Shown here: positions 21,731 to 32,061 of the stretch, one piece after another | Layout: the number at the start of each line of letters is the position of its first letter | Position numbering within the stretch: the stretch's first letter is position 1 | Origin: an uncultured Gammaproteobacteria bacterium | Lineage (GTDB): Bacteria > Pseudomonadota > Gammaproteobacteria > Xanthomonadales > Xanthomonadaceae | Reading direction: 5' to 3' | Assembly (NCBI GenBank): GCA_963698475.1 | Contig: CAVOQX010000004.1 | Coordinates: 32,466 to 96,465 of the forward strand | DNA: 64,000 nt | Notes under the pieces: generated by a model | Database searches by the model: none | What the model was told of the DNA's origin: nothing | The model's input: the letters and a program-made list of their open reading frames with translations, nothing else | Program-made: the position numbers and the translations under genes

Positions 21731-22987
21731 ATGCAATCCCCCCCAAAAAAGCTGTCGTATGGTCGACTGGCCGCCATCCTGGGCGCGCTGGCGATGTTCG
21801 GCCCGTTCTCGATCGACACCATCTTCCCCGCGTTCCCGCAGATAGGCGCCGACCTTGGCGCGGGCAGGCTGGCGATGCAGCAGACCATCAGCGTCTACCT
21901 GCTGGCGTATGCGGCGATGAGCATCGTGCACGGGCCGTTGTCGGATGCCATTGGCCGCAAGCGGGTCATCCTGACGGGCCTCGCGGTGTTCATGCTGGCC
22001 TCGGTGGGCTGCGCATTGTCCACCTCGATGCCGATGCTCCTGCTGTTCCGTGCGCTGCAGGGCCTGAGCGCGGGCGTGGGGATGATCGTGGGCCGCGCCG
22101 TGATCCGCGACGTGCTGCAGGGCGACGATGCCCAGCGGTTGATGAGCCAGGTCTCGATGATCTTTGGCATCGCACCGGCCATCGCGCCGATGATCGGTGG
22201 CTGGATCGTCGGCTGGAGCGCATGGCAGGCGATCTTCTGGTTCCTTGCGTTGTTCGCGGCGGTGCTGTGGGTGGTCGCTGCATACGCGTTGCCGGAGACG
22301 CATCCAGCCGAGGCGCGCGTGCACCTGCGGCCTGCCGCCTTGTTGCGCAATTATTTCGGCATCCTCGGCAACCCGCGTTTCGTGCGGCTGTCGATCGCCG
22401 GCGCGCTCAATTTCGGTGCGTTGTTCGTCTATATCGCCTCGGCACCCGCCTTCGTGCTGGACCTGATGCGCCTGGACGAGCGCCAGTTCGGCTGGTTCTT
22501 CGTGCCGATGATCAGCGGGATGATGCTGGGTGCGTTCGCGTCCGGTCGCGCCGCCGGCCGGATCGATGGCGTGCGCCTGGCCAACATCGGTTTCATCTGT
22601 TGCGGCGCCGCTGCACTTGCGAACGTTGGCTACAACCTGCTGGTCGAAGCGCCGCGGCTGCCATGGGCGGTATTGCCGATCAGCCTCAATGCCTTCGGCA
22701 TCGCACTGGTATTCCCGATCCTTACCCTGGCGATCCTCGACATGTATCCGCACCAGCGCGGCGGGGCCTCGTCGCTGCAGGCGTTTACCGGCTTGTTCTC
22801 CAACGCCGTGATCGCGGGCGTGTTGTCGTCGATGGTCAGTGGAAAGGGCATTGCCCTGGCATCGACCTCGTCGGCTTTCAGCGCCTTCGCATGGCTGGTC
22901 TGGCGCCACGAGCAACGTGACCAATGCCGACTGCGCACCGCATCCGCAGCGCAGGTCATGGGACTGGAGCCGGCCGACAAGATGTAG
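21731..22987 (+). CDS. MFS transporter, Bcr/CflA drug-resistance subfamily
   Basis: ORF 21731..22987; 12-TM profile; GPLSDAIGRKRVIL motif. Confidence 0.85.
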   Translation: MQSPPKKLSYGRLAAILGALAMFGPFSIDTIFPAFPQIGADLGAGRLAMQQTISVYLLAYAAMSIVHGPLSDAIGRKRVILTGLAVFMLASVGCALSTSMPMLLLFRALQGLSAGVGMIVGRAVIRDVLQGDDAQRLMSQVSMIFGIAPAIAPMIGGWIVGWSAWQAIFWFLALFAAVLWVVAAYALPETHPAEARVHLRPAALLRNYFGILGNPRFVRLSIAGALNFGALFVYIASAPAFVLDLMRLDERQFGWFFVPMISGMMLGAFASGRAAGRIDGVRLANIGFICCGAAALANVGYNLLVEAPRLPWAVLPISLNAFGIALVFPILTLAILDMYPHQRGGASSLQAFTGLFSNAVIAGVLSSMVSGKGIALASTSSAFSAFAWLVWRHEQRDQCRLRTASAAQVMGLEPADKM

Positions 22988-23195
22988 GGCGGCTCATGCC
23001 GTCGGGTCGCGCGCGGGAACCGGTATCGGCCGGTTCACGTGCCGCCACGATGGACCGGCACGCCTCAAGCCAAGGCACCGCGGTGGCGGTGGCGAGGGTT
23101 TGCGGGGCGAGGTCGCTCATGGCGGCAGTCTCGCCGCCGTTGCCCGGTTGCGCCAGACGAAGGCGACCGAGGCGGACGGAAGTCCTGTCATTGGA

Positions 23196-23227
23196 TCGAA
23201 AGAAAAGCCGGCTTTCGCCGGCTTTCC
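23196..23227 (-). terminator. Rho-independent terminator downstream of M2 peptidase gene
   Basis: - strand AAGCCGGC-gaaa-GCCGGCTT followed by TTTCTTTC. Confidence 0.7.
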
Positions 23228-23249
23228 GTCATCGCGATGGCGGCTTGCC

Positions 23250-25253
23250 TCAGCCCGCTGCCGCGCCTGCTGCCGGAGCCTGCGTTGCTGCCGGAGCGCC
23301 CGTACTCCAGCCGCACTGCTGGCCGGCATTTTGCTGCTTCAGCCAATCCTGCAGCGGCGCGAAATATTCAAGCACGGCGCTGGCGTCCATCTTTTCGCCG
23401 CCGGTCAATTCCTTCAAGGTCTGCTGCCAAGGCTGGCTGGCGCCCTGGGACAGCATCGCCGAAAACTTCTCGCCCGCTTCCTTGCTGCCGTAGAAGCTGC
23501 ATTCGTACAGCGGGCCCGTGTAGCCGGACGCATCGCACAGGGCCTTGTAGAACTGGAACTGCAGGATGCGGGCCAGGAAGTAGCGGGTGTAAGGTGTGTT
23601 GCCGGGCACGTGGTATTTTGCGCCCGGGTCGAAATAGGTCTCGCCACGGGCGCTGACCGGTGCCACGCCCTGGTACTTGGCCTTCAGGTCCCACCAGGCC
23701 TGGTTGTAGTTGTCGGGCTTGATCGAGCCATCGAACACGCCCCAGCGCCAGCGGTCGATCATCAGCCCGAAGGGCAGGAACGCCACCTTGGTCAGGGCCA
23801 TGCGCATCTGTGCGTTGATGACCGCTTCCTTGCTCTGCTGCGGCTTGCCGACCAGACCGACCGAATGCATGTAGCCGGGCGTCATCGCCAGCACGATGGT
23901 GTCGCCGATGGCTTCATGGAAACCGTCGTGGGCCGCATTCTGGAAGATCGGTGGCTGCTTGTTGTAGGCCAGGTCGTAATACAGGTGGCCGAGCTCGTGG
24001 TAGATCGTGGTCAGCTCTTCCTCGCTTGGCGTGATGCACATCTTGGTGCGCACGTCGCCCGCCATGTTCATGTCCCAGGCGCTGGCATGGCACACCACGT
24101 CGCGGTCCAGCGGCTTGATGAACTGCGACTTCTCCCAGTAGCTCTCCGGCAGCTTCTGCATGCCAAGGGACACGTAGAAGTCCTGCGCGCGTTCGGTCAT
24201 CTTCCTGGCGGTGGCGAGCGCCGCCGCGCGCTGTGCGTCGACCTCACGCTGGGCCGGTGACACGCCCGGGGTCGCGGGCTTGCTGCGCTCGCTGGTGATG
24301 TCGGCATGGGCGATCGCACGCAGCGCGGCATTGACGTCAAGGCTGCCGGCGCCCGGATAGGGCTGCATCAGGTCCCACAGGTTGCCCCATTCCTGCTGCC
24401 ACAGGTTCCCCATCAGGTGCGCAGGCAGCATGCCGCCGGCCACCTGCCCCTTGTCAGGTCCGTACTTGGTCTCCAGCTTGCCGCGCGCATAGCAGTGCAG
24501 CTGCTCGTACAGCGGCTTGACCTGGTCCCACAGGCGATCGGTCTCGGCGGCAAGCTCGGCCGGGGTCATGTCGTAACCGGCGCGCCACATCTCGCCTGCA
24601 TCGGCGAACCCCATTTCCCTGGCACCCTTGTTCACCAGTTCGGCAAAGCGCACATAGTCCTTGCGCATCGGCTGGCTGATCGTGTGCCAACCGTTGAATG
24701 CATCCAGTTGCGCGTCATAGTCACGGCTGGTCGCCAGCACGTCGCTGAGCTGGCCGATGTCGCGGCATGTGCGTGCTTCGCCTTCGCCCGTGCAGTAGCT
24801 GCCCGCGCCGTACGTGCCTTCCATGCGCGTCGCGATCCTGGTGAGCTCCGCCAGTTCAGCCGGATCCTTCGGCGCCGGCATCGCCGTCATCAGCTTGATC
24901 AGCTTGAGGGCACGCGCGGTTTCGGGCGACAACTGCTGGCCGTCGAAGCGCCGGGACTGCGCGATCCACGCATTGAGCTGGGTCAACCAGCGTTCGTTGG
25001 CCTTGGCCGCCACCAGTTCGCTGTCACTGTTGATGTAGGTGCTCGACAGCCATTGAGCGGAATTGCTTTCTTCGCTGATCTTGCGCAGTTCGTCGTTGAC
25101 CCTGGCGACGAACTGATCCGCGGTTTCAGACCCGGGCGCTGCGGGAATGCCGGTGGCCGTGGTGGCTACGGATGCGGCGGGATCGGGTTTGCACGCGGCA
25201 AGGCCAAGTGCGCCGACGATGGCGAGTGCAAGCAGGGCGGGGCGTAAAGTCAC
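23250..25253 (-). CDS. Peptidyl-dipeptidase A (M2, angiotensin-converting-enzyme-like) lipoprotein
   Basis: ORF 23250..25307; HELGHLYYDLAY plus GFHEAIGD M2 zinc site; preferred GTG start 25253 behind AGGAAG gives lipobox LGLAAC; alternative start 25307. Confidence 0.8.
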   Translation of the reverse strand: MTLRPALLALAIVGALGLAACKPDPAASVATTATGIPAAPGSETADQFVARVNDELRKISEESNSAQWLSSTYINSDSELVAAKANERWLTQLNAWIAQSRRFDGQQLSPETARALKLIKLMTAMPAPKDPAELAELTRIATRMEGTYGAGSYCTGEGEARTCRDIGQLSDVLATSRDYDAQLDAFNGWHTISQPMRKDYVRFAELVNKGAREMGFADAGEMWRAGYDMTPAELAAETDRLWDQVKPLYEQLHCYARGKLETKYGPDKGQVAGGMLPAHLMGNLWQQEWGNLWDLMQPYPGAGSLDVNAALRAIAHADITSERSKPATPGVSPAQREVDAQRAAALATARKMTERAQDFYVSLGMQKLPESYWEKSQFIKPLDRDVVCHASAWDMNMAGDVRTKMCITPSEEELTTIYHELGHLYYDLAYNKQPPIFQNAAHDGFHEAIGDTIVLAMTPGYMHSVGLVGKPQQSKEAVINAQMRMALTKVAFLPFGLMIDRWRWGVFDGSIKPDNYNQAWWDLKAKYQGVAPVSARGETYFDPGAKYHVPGNTPYTRYFLARILQFQFYKALCDASGYTGPLYECSFYGSKEAGEKFSAMLSQGASQPWQQTLKELTGGEKMDASAVLEYFAPLQDWLKQQNAGQQCGWSTGAPAATQAPAAGAAAG

Positions 25254-25331
25254 GGCAGCTTCCTGGTTCGGCGGGTGCGCCGGGGAGGCCAAGGCTAGAC
25301 TGCGCACGCGGCACGCTGCAAGTTGCGGGGT

Positions 25332-25826
25332 TCAACCCGGAGGCAGGATCAGCATCCGATCGGGATCGACCAGGCCGCGTGCCTGCAGCCAGGTCCATGC
25401 GGTTTCGGCGTCGTGTTCGACATACGCGCGTGCAGAACCCAGCCGGAATGTGTAGCCCCATGCGTCCATGTCGGCGAGCACCCGTTCGCGGCCAACGCCG
25501 GCAAGTGCGTCACCCAGCAAAGCCTGCAACACGCAGACGGCATCTTCTTCCTCGATGCTGTCGGTGGCGTCGGTATGCACGTCAATGCGGCGCTCCGGCG
25601 GCAGCACGATCAGGTGGCAGGCTTCGTGGAGCAATGAATGCACGGGGGTGTCGCTGCGCACATGCACATCGCTGCCGATGATCCCGGCCTCGCATTCGCC
25701 CCAGTAGCTGCCGGGGATCGGCTCACCATCCGGGACGTGCATCAGCGCCAGCCCGAAGCGGGCGAGCAGGGTTGCGGCATCGTCGAATTCGATGTCCGCG
25801 AGTGTCAGGACGGAATTGGTTGCCAT
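25332..25826 (-). CDS. Conserved hypothetical protein with HEACH metalloprotease-like motif
   Basis: ATG 25826 inside ORF 25332..25958 (MATNSVLTLADIEFDD..SLLHEACHLIV). Confidence 0.55.
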   Translation of the reverse strand: MATNSVLTLADIEFDDAATLLARFGLALMHVPDGEPIPGSYWGECEAGIIGSDVHVRSDTPVHSLLHEACHLIVLPPERRIDVHTDATDSIEEEDAVCVLQALLGDALAGVGRERVLADMDAWGYTFRLGSARAYVEHDAETAWTWLQARGLVDPDRMLILPPG

Positions 25827-25970
25827 TGCATCGTCCCCGCGCCAGGTCACTGACTTGGCCCAGCCAGCGGGTGCTCTGTCACGGGTGAGCTTGTGGTGCA
25901 GGCGGCAGGCATTCGACAGGCATTCAGCGCCCGAGAAGGCCTGCCGCCTGCGCCCCAAGCCGGGGCAAGA

Positions 25971-26237
25971 TCAGGCGCTCGCCTGCGCGCGTTCTTCCGG
26001 CAGCGCGACCGAGATGTCCAGCACGTCGTGCTCGCCATCCTTGACCACATCGACCTTGACCGCATCGACATCCACGTTGACGTACTTGCGGATCACTTCC
26101 AGCAACTCGCGACGCAGCAATGGCAGGTAGTCGGGCTGGCCGTCGCTCTTGCGCTCCTGCGCGATGATGATGCGCAAGCGATCCTTGGCGACCGAAGCGG
26201 TGTTCTTCTTGGGCTTGAGGAAATCAAAAATCGACAT
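25971..26237 (-). CDS. minE: Cell division topological specificity factor MinE
   Basis: ORF 25971..26237; [29 protein letters not shown]. Confidence 0.9.
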   Translation of the reverse strand: MSIFDFLKPKKNTASVAKDRLRIIIAQERKSDGQPDYLPLLRRELLEVIRKYVNVDVDAVKVDVVKDGEHDVLDISVALPEERAQASA

Positions 26238-26240
26238 GCA

Positions 26241-27053
26241 TCAGCCTCCGAACAGCTTGCTGAAGAAACCCTTGCGCTCGGTCTGGGTGAAGCGCATCGG
26301 CCGCTCCTCCCCCATCAGGCGCGCCACTGCGTCGTCATACGCCTGTCCGGCGTTGGACTCGGCATCCATGATCACCGGCTCGCCCTTGTTGGACGCATTG
26401 AGCACATCGCCGGATTCCGGGATCACGCCGATCGACTTCAGGCCGAGGACTTCCTCGACATCGAGGATCGACAGCATCTCGCCGGCTTCCACCCGCGACG
26501 GGCTGTAACGGGTCAGCAACAGGTAGGCGCCGACTTCGCCGTCGCCCTGTTCGGCACGGCGGGTCTTGGAGGCCAGCAGGCCCAGGATGCGATCGGAGTC
26601 ACGCACGCTGGAGACTTCCGGGTTGACCACCACGATTGCCTTGTCGGCGAAGTACATCGACAGGAACGCGCCTTTTTCGATACCGGCGGGCGAGTCGCAG
26701 ACGATGTAATCGAAACCGTCATCGGCCAGGTCCTTCAGGACCTTTTCGACCCCTTCCTTGGTGAGTGCATCCTTGTCGCGTGTCTGCGAGGCCGCCAGCA
26801 CGAACAGGTTGTCGTGGCGCTTGTCCTTGATCAGTGCCTGCTTGAGCGAAGCCTCGCCATGGATCACGTTGACGAAGTCATACACCACGCGTCGTTCGCA
26901 ACCCATGATCAGGTCGAGGTTGCGCAGGCCGACGTCGAAGTCGATGACCGCGACCTTCTTGCCGCGGCGGGCAAGGCCAGTGGCAAGGCTGGCGCTGGAC
27001 GTGGTCTTGCCGACGCCGCCCTTGCCCGATGTGACTACGATGATTTCCGCCAA
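26241..27053 (-). CDS. minD: Septum site-determining ATPase MinD
   Basis: TTG start 27053 behind GGAGA; (M)AEIIVVTSGKGGVGKTT Walker A; C-terminal amphipathic KGFFSKLFGG. Confidence 0.9.
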   Translation of the reverse strand: MAEIIVVTSGKGGVGKTTSSASLATGLARRGKKVAVIDFDVGLRNLDLIMGCERRVVYDFVNVIHGEASLKQALIKDKRHDNLFVLAASQTRDKDALTKEGVEKVLKDLADDGFDYIVCDSPAGIEKGAFLSMYFADKAIVVVNPEVSSVRDSDRILGLLASKTRRAEQGDGEVGAYLLLTRYSPSRVEAGEMLSILDVEEVLGLKSIGVIPESGDVLNASNKGEPVIMDAESNAGQAYDDAVARLMGEERPMRFTQTERKGFFSKLFGG

Positions 27054-27084
27054 GTTGGCATTCTCCGTTGAGGGGTGTTCGCGC

Positions 27085-27864
27085 TCAGTCGAGCGCGGCG
27101 AGCTTGAGTTGACCTTGATCCAGCCAGACCTGCACGGCCTTGCCGTGCAATTCCGCCGGGATGTCGTCCAGCACCTTGTAATGCCCGGCCACCGCGACAA
27201 GCTCCGCGTGGAATTCCCGGCAGAAGATGCGCGCGTTCTCGTCGCCCTGCGCACCGGCCAGTGCGCGGCCGCGGAGTGCGCCGTAGATGTGGATCGAGCC
27301 ATCGGCAATGACTTCCGCGCCGGCGCCAACGGTGTTGACCACCGTCAGGTCGCGGTTGTCCGCATAGACCTGCTGGCCAGAGCGCACCGGAGTGGCATGC
27401 ACCAGGCCAGGTCCGGTTTTCGGCGTAACGCTCGGCTTTGCGGCAGCCGATGCAGTGGCAGGAGCGCCGGGGGCGGCTTCAGCGGCTGCCGGCTGCGCAC
27501 TCGCCGCTGAAACGCCTGCAACGGGCTCGTACTGTGCCCGGAACTTGGCCAGCAGGGGCAGGCCAAGTGCCTGTGACAGCGCATCGACCTCCTTGGTGCC
27601 ATAGGCCAGTGCAACAGGGAACACGCCGGCTTCGTGAAGACGTTCGACCAGGCTGCGTGCTTCTTCCAGCGATGGCGCCTTGTTCAGGCCACCGAAATCC
27701 AGCACCACTGCCGCGCGTCCGAACAGGTTGGGCGCGCGCTGCACGCGTTCGCGCATCTCGCTGGCCAGTTGGATCACATCGAGGGTGCGCACGCGCAGGT
27801 TGGCGATGCCGACCTGGCCGAACTTCAGCTCACCGGCCTGCGCGTAATCGACCACCGCACTCAT
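27085..27864 (-). CDS. minC: Septum site-determining protein MinC
   Basis: ATG 27864 inside ORF 27085..28242; C-terminal beta-helix region SGQQVYADNRDLTVVNTVGAGAEVIADGSIHIYG. Confidence 0.85.
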   Translation of the reverse strand: MSAVVDYAQAGELKFGQVGIANLRVRTLDVIQLASEMRERVQRAPNLFGRAAVVLDFGGLNKAPSLEEARSLVERLHEAGVFPVALAYGTKEVDALSQALGLPLLAKFRAQYEPVAGVSAASAQPAAAEAAPGAPATASAAAKPSVTPKTGPGLVHATPVRSGQQVYADNRDLTVVNTVGAGAEVIADGSIHIYGALRGRALAGAQGDENARIFCREFHAELVAVAGHYKVLDDIPAELHGKAVQVWLDQGQLKLAALD

Positions 27865-28460
27865 GCGCGCGTCTCCGCGGCGCGTTGTGCCAGGGGCAGG
27901 GCCCGCGGATGCGCCACCCAGGGCTCGTCCGGCAATGCATCGCCATAGGTTTCGTGAACCCAAGCGTAGCTGCAAAGCGGCTTCATCAGCATCGCCGCAC
28001 GAAGATCGTGGCCCGGCATCACATGCTGGCCCACCTCGCGGAAACCGAAACTGCCGTGGAACAGCAAGGCATGGTCGGTGCCGGTCTGCAGGAAAACCTC
28101 GCAGGCCAGATTCGGGTAGCGCAGTTCCGCATAGCTCTGCACATCGGCATACAGCGCGCGTCCGACGCCACCGCCGCGGCGGCGGCTGGCCACGACCACG
28201 CGGTCGATGTAGAAAAAGTCCGGATAGCGCTGGCCGAACCACACGAAGTTGCTGCTGTCGTGGTCCCTGGTTGTGCCGAATCCGATCAGGAAACCCGCAA
28301 GCGTGCCGTCGCGCTCGGCCACGCGGAAATACTCCGCAGTCTCGAACAAATGACGCAGCTTGGCTGCGTCAAGGGGGAGGATCGCGGGTCCCGCGGCGTT
28401 GTTGAGGGCAAGGACGGAATCCAGCTCGTGCTCGCGCACGTCGCGGATGGCGATCGACAT
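27861..28460 (-). CDS. GNAT-family N-acetyltransferase
   Basis: ATG 28460 inside ORF 27861..28565; acetyl-CoA motif VVVASRRRGGGVGRALY; ATGA overlap with minC. Confidence 0.75.
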   Translation of the reverse strand: MSIAIRDVREHELDSVLALNNAAGPAILPLDAAKLRHLFETAEYFRVAERDGTLAGFLIGFGTTRDHDSSNFVWFGQRYPDFFYIDRVVVASRRRGGGVGRALYADVQSYAELRYPNLACEVFLQTGTDHALLFHGSFGFREVGQHVMPGHDLRAAMLMKPLCSYAWVHETYGDALPDEPWVAHPRALPLAQRAAETRA

Positions 28461-28594
28461 TCCTTTGGCTCCGTGGCTTGTTGCGGATGGTCCGGGTCGC
28501 GTGCGACCTGTCTTTTGATTATTGCACGCACCGATGCGTGCGGCCATGACCTTCGGTGCAGGCACGGGCAGCGTGGAAGGGGTTATAAACGCGT

Positions 28595-29792
28595 CATGCT
28601 AGCCAGTCTTTCGCATACCCGCCTGTTGCGCCTCGCCGGCCTGTTCACCTGGGCCATGGTGGGGCTACCCCTGCTTTACTCGTGGATCGGGCAGTGGCAG
28701 GGGCCACTACCCGAGGACATCGTCACCCACGCCATGCCGTGGGAGGGCTGGGCGTGTTACCTGGCCTTCGGTGTGGGCTATCACTGGTTGACCCGCGCCC
28801 TCGGGGAACGCCGCAAGACGCTGGACTACGTGTTGCTGGCGGTCACAACGCTGGCGGCGATCGGCCTGGGTTTCTACAGCGAAACCGGCTTGGGCAGTGT
28901 CTTGCTGATGGTCGCGGCATGCGTCCTGCCGTGGCTACTTCCGTTGCGGCTGGGCATCGCATGGCTGCTGGGGGCGCAGTTGGCGGTCGTGCCGATGTTC
29001 ATGCTGGGCCTGCATTTCCCGTTGGTGGAAGCGTTGATGCAGTCGATGTTGTATGCGGGATTCTCTGGCTTCGTCTTCATTACCAGTCTTGTTGCGCTGC
29101 AGCAGTCGCAGGCGCGGGAAGAGCAGCGCAGGCTCAACGCCGAACTGCGCTCCACGCGTGCCCTGCTGGCGGAAAGTGCACGCGTCAACGAGCGCACCCG
29201 GATCTCCCGCGAGCTGCATGACCTGCTGGGCCATCACCTGACCGCGCTCAGCCTGAACCTGGAAGTTGCCGGCCATCTTTCGGAAGGGCGGGTCAAGGAA
29301 CATGTGCAACAGGCACACACACTTGCCAGATTGCTGTTGACCGACGTCCGCGAAGCGGTCAGCCAACTGCGCGACAGTGGCGCAATCGACCTTGGTGCGG
29401 CACTGCGCCCCTTGGCCGAAAACGTACCCAGGCTCGCCATCCACATGCATGTCCAGCACCCGTTGACGGTCGAGGATCCGGAGCGCGCGCATGTCCTGCT
29501 GCGCTGCGCGCAGGAAGCCATTACCAATGCCGTGCGGCATGCCGGCGCACACAATCTATGGCTGAATGCCAGAAACGATGGACAATCCATCACCCTGCAG
29601 GTGCGCGATGATGGTTCCGGAACCGATCAGCTTGCCAGCGGCAATGGCTTGCAGGGCATGCGCGAACGCCTGCGCCAGCTTGGTGGCCGATTGGAGATCG
29701 AGACCCGTGCAGGACAAGGCTTCAAGCTCACAATGATCCTGCCGGCCGGCACCAATGCCGATCCCTGCATCCCCGAAGGAGCCCCCGCATGA
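28595..29792 (+). CDS. Membrane sensor histidine kinase (HisKA_3 / NarL-partner type)
   Basis: ATG 28595 inside ORF 27438..29792; multiple TM segments then RISRELHDLLGHHLTAL H-box. Confidence 0.8.
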
Positions 29793-30430
29793 TTCGAGTT
29801 TTCCTGGTCGATGACCAGACCCTGGTTCGCCAAGGCATCCGTTCCCTGCTGGCGCTTGCGGAAGGCATCGAGGTCGTTGCAGAGGCGTCCGATGGCCGCC
29901 AGGCGGTCGAGACCATCCCGCAGGTGAAGCCTGATGTCGTGCTGATGGATATGCGCATGCCAGCAATGTCGGGACTGGAGGCCCTGCAGGCCCTTGGCCG
30001 GATGGGGGCGTTGCCGCCGACGATCATCCTGACCACGTTCGACGACGACCAACTGGTGCTGGCCGGGATCAAGGCAGGCGCCAAGGGCTACCTGCTCAAG
30101 GATGTCTCGCTGGAGCAGCTCGTGAATGCAATACAGGCCGTGGCTGATGGTGGCTCGCTGGTGCAGCCGGTCGTGACCCAGCGCCTGCTGTCCGGGCTGG
30201 AGCACATGCGCAATGAGTTCGTCAGCCTGGACCGACCCGACCCATTGACAGACCGGGAGACTGAAATCCTGCGGCTGATGGCATCAGGCTTCTCCAACAA
30301 GGAGATTGCCAATTCCCTTGGAGTCGCCGAAGGCACGATCAAGAATCACGTCTCCAACATCCTGTCCAAGCTGGGCGTTCGCGACCGCACACGGGCCGTG
30401 CTGAAGGCCTTCGAGCTGCAACTGGTTTGA
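29789..30430 (+). CDS. NarL/LuxR-family response regulator
   Basis: ORF 29789..30430; REC (MIRVFLVDDQTLVRQG..VLMDMRMP) plus LuxR HTH (TDRETEILRLMASGFSNKEIA). Confidence 0.9.
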   Translation: MIRVFLVDDQTLVRQGIRSLLALAEGIEVVAEASDGRQAVETIPQVKPDVVLMDMRMPAMSGLEALQALGRMGALPPTIILTTFDDDQLVLAGIKAGAKGYLLKDVSLEQLVNAIQAVADGGSLVQPVVTQRLLSGLEHMRNEFVSLDRPDPLTDRETEILRLMASGFSNKEIANSLGVAEGTIKNHVSNILSKLGVRDRTRAVLKAFELQLV

Positions 30431-30730
30431 GCGACAGGATGTCCGGCCCGGCGCACGGCGCCGGGCGTTCCCGGACGCGCGCGCCATGGCGCGCAGCAGC
30501 GTCCGCTCACCCTGTCCAAGCTGGGCGTGCGCGACCGCACACGGGCCGTGCTGAAGGCGTTCGAGTTGCAACTGGTTTGACCGACAGGATGTCCGGCCCG
30601 GCGCACGGCGCCGGGCGTTCCCGGACGCGCGCGCCATGGCGCGCAGCAGCGTCCGCTCGCCCTGTCCAAGCTGGGCGTGCGCGACCGCACACGGGCCGTG
30701 CTGAAGGCGTTCGAGCTGCAATTGGTGTGA
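30361..30730 (+). repeat. 150-bp tandem repeat, about 2.45 units, duplicating the 3' end of the response regulator gene
   Basis: gtccaagctgggcg..caactggtttga..gcgcgccatggcgcgc..ccct units begin at 30364, 30514, 30664 (period exactly 150). Confidence 0.9.
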
Positions 30731-30836
30731 TCCGTCGCGATTTCTTGCGATTGCCCCTCGCCCGCGCGCGGGATGGTTTGGTAGGATGGCGGGTCTGCGC
30801 GGCCACCCCGCGAGCGGCCCTCCCGGAGATTCCTGA

Positions 30837-31898
30837 ATGACTCGCTTGATCGAGATCCTGATTTCCCTCGCAATTGTTGCGGCGCTGTACTTGGCCGTGG
30901 CCTTGGTCCTCCCCTCGGAACGCCATTTGTCCGAGAAGATCGAAACCAATCGCAAGATGACCATCGTGTTCGACTCCTTGAACAGCCTGCGTCGCTTCAA
31001 GGCGTGGAACCCGCTGGTACTGCGTGATCCCGCCGTCAAGCTGAACTACTCCGGGCCGGAATCAGGTGTCGGCGCACGCCTGGACTACGTGTCCGAGAAT
31101 GACCGGATCGGCGAGGGGTCGTGGGAAATCACCGAGAGCATCCCGCGCGAGAAGGTCTCCTACAAGATCGATAACATCGAGCGAGGCGGCAACAAGCGCA
31201 CGTCGTTCGAATTCAAGCCCACTGGCCGCAACAACCGCAACGTCGAGATCACCCAGACCTTCGACGTCGACTACGGCTGGGATCTCGTCGGCCGTTATGC
31301 CGGCCTGTATGTTGCCCGCCATGTGGGCGATGACATGAAGTTGGGCCTGTCGCGCATCGTGACCATGTTGGCCGCGGTGCCTAACGTCGATTACGCCGTG
31401 GCGGGTAGCAAGATGACCACGCCGAAGATGGTCCAGCGCCCTGCAGAGGATCTGCTGTACATCGTCGCGGGCAACGTGGATCGCGGCAATTCGCAGATCC
31501 AGGCCTCGCTGACCGCGAACAGCGAATGGATTCGCCGGGTCATGGAAGCCAATGATCTGGAAGCCGCTGGTCCAATGCGGATCATCACCACGGACCTGGG
31601 CCGTGAGACCTACAGCTTCGATGTCGCCCAGCCCGTGCGCAAGAAGGGTGGCGGCGAAACTGGCACTCCGACCCTGCAGGGCCCGGTCCTGTTCGCGCAG
31701 ACCAAGCCCGGCAAGGTCGCCATGGCCTCCTATACGGGTTACATGGCAGAGCTTGAAGCCGTGCGCAATGCATTGCGCGCGTGGGCGGTTACCGCGGGAT
31801 ACGAAGTCACCGATCGTGCGTATGAATCGTACAAGTCCGGCATCTCGGGCTCATTCACCGAAAATGGCGAGTTCGACGTTTACTGGCCCCTGAAGTAA
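30837..31898 (+). CDS. Membrane-anchored SRPBCC (START-like) + GyrI-like two-domain protein
   Basis: ORF 30837..31898; N-terminal TM helix; domain call from overall resemblance only. Confidence 0.55.
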   Translation: MTRLIEILISLAIVAALYLAVALVLPSERHLSEKIETNRKMTIVFDSLNSLRRFKAWNPLVLRDPAVKLNYSGPESGVGARLDYVSENDRIGEGSWEITESIPREKVSYKIDNIERGGNKRTSFEFKPTGRNNRNVEITQTFDVDYGWDLVGRYAGLYVARHVGDDMKLGLSRIVTMLAAVPNVDYAVAGSKMTTPKMVQRPAEDLLYIVAGNVDRGNSQIQASLTANSEWIRRVMEANDLEAAGPMRIITTDLGRETYSFDVAQPVRKKGGGETGTPTLQGPVLFAQTKPGKVAMASYTGYMAELEAVRNALRAWAVTAGYEVTDRAYESYKSGISGSFTENGEFDVYWPLK

Positions 31899-31922
31899 GC
31901 CATCCATTCCATCGTGACCAAC

Positions 31923-31953
31923 AAACGCCGCGCTTGTCGCGGCGTTTGTTTTT
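31923..31953 (+). terminator. Rho-independent terminator
   Basis: AAACGCCGCG-cttgt-CGCGGCGTTT followed by GTTTTT. Confidence 0.8.
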
Positions 31954-32061
31954 GAACGCCCACACGCTTCAACACACGGCCAAGGTAACGTCCTGGCCCC
32001 TCAGCCCTCTGCAACGCACTATCTACATCTATGTGTCGTGCTTGCGGGTTGAATTCGCCCC

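Noticed and set aside
22988-23195. ~50-codon - strand ORF (ATG 23121) in the MFS / M2-peptidase intergenic region
   Set aside because: It has no RBS, overlaps the 3' end of the MFS gene, and has a GC-skewed composition. It is insufficient evidence for a gene.
30284-31039. 251-aa and 175-aa - strand ORFs with internally repeated peptide blocks downstream of the response regulator
   Set aside because: The repeats come from translating the 150-bp tandem DNA repeat. They have no start context and are antisense to the duplicated gene tail.
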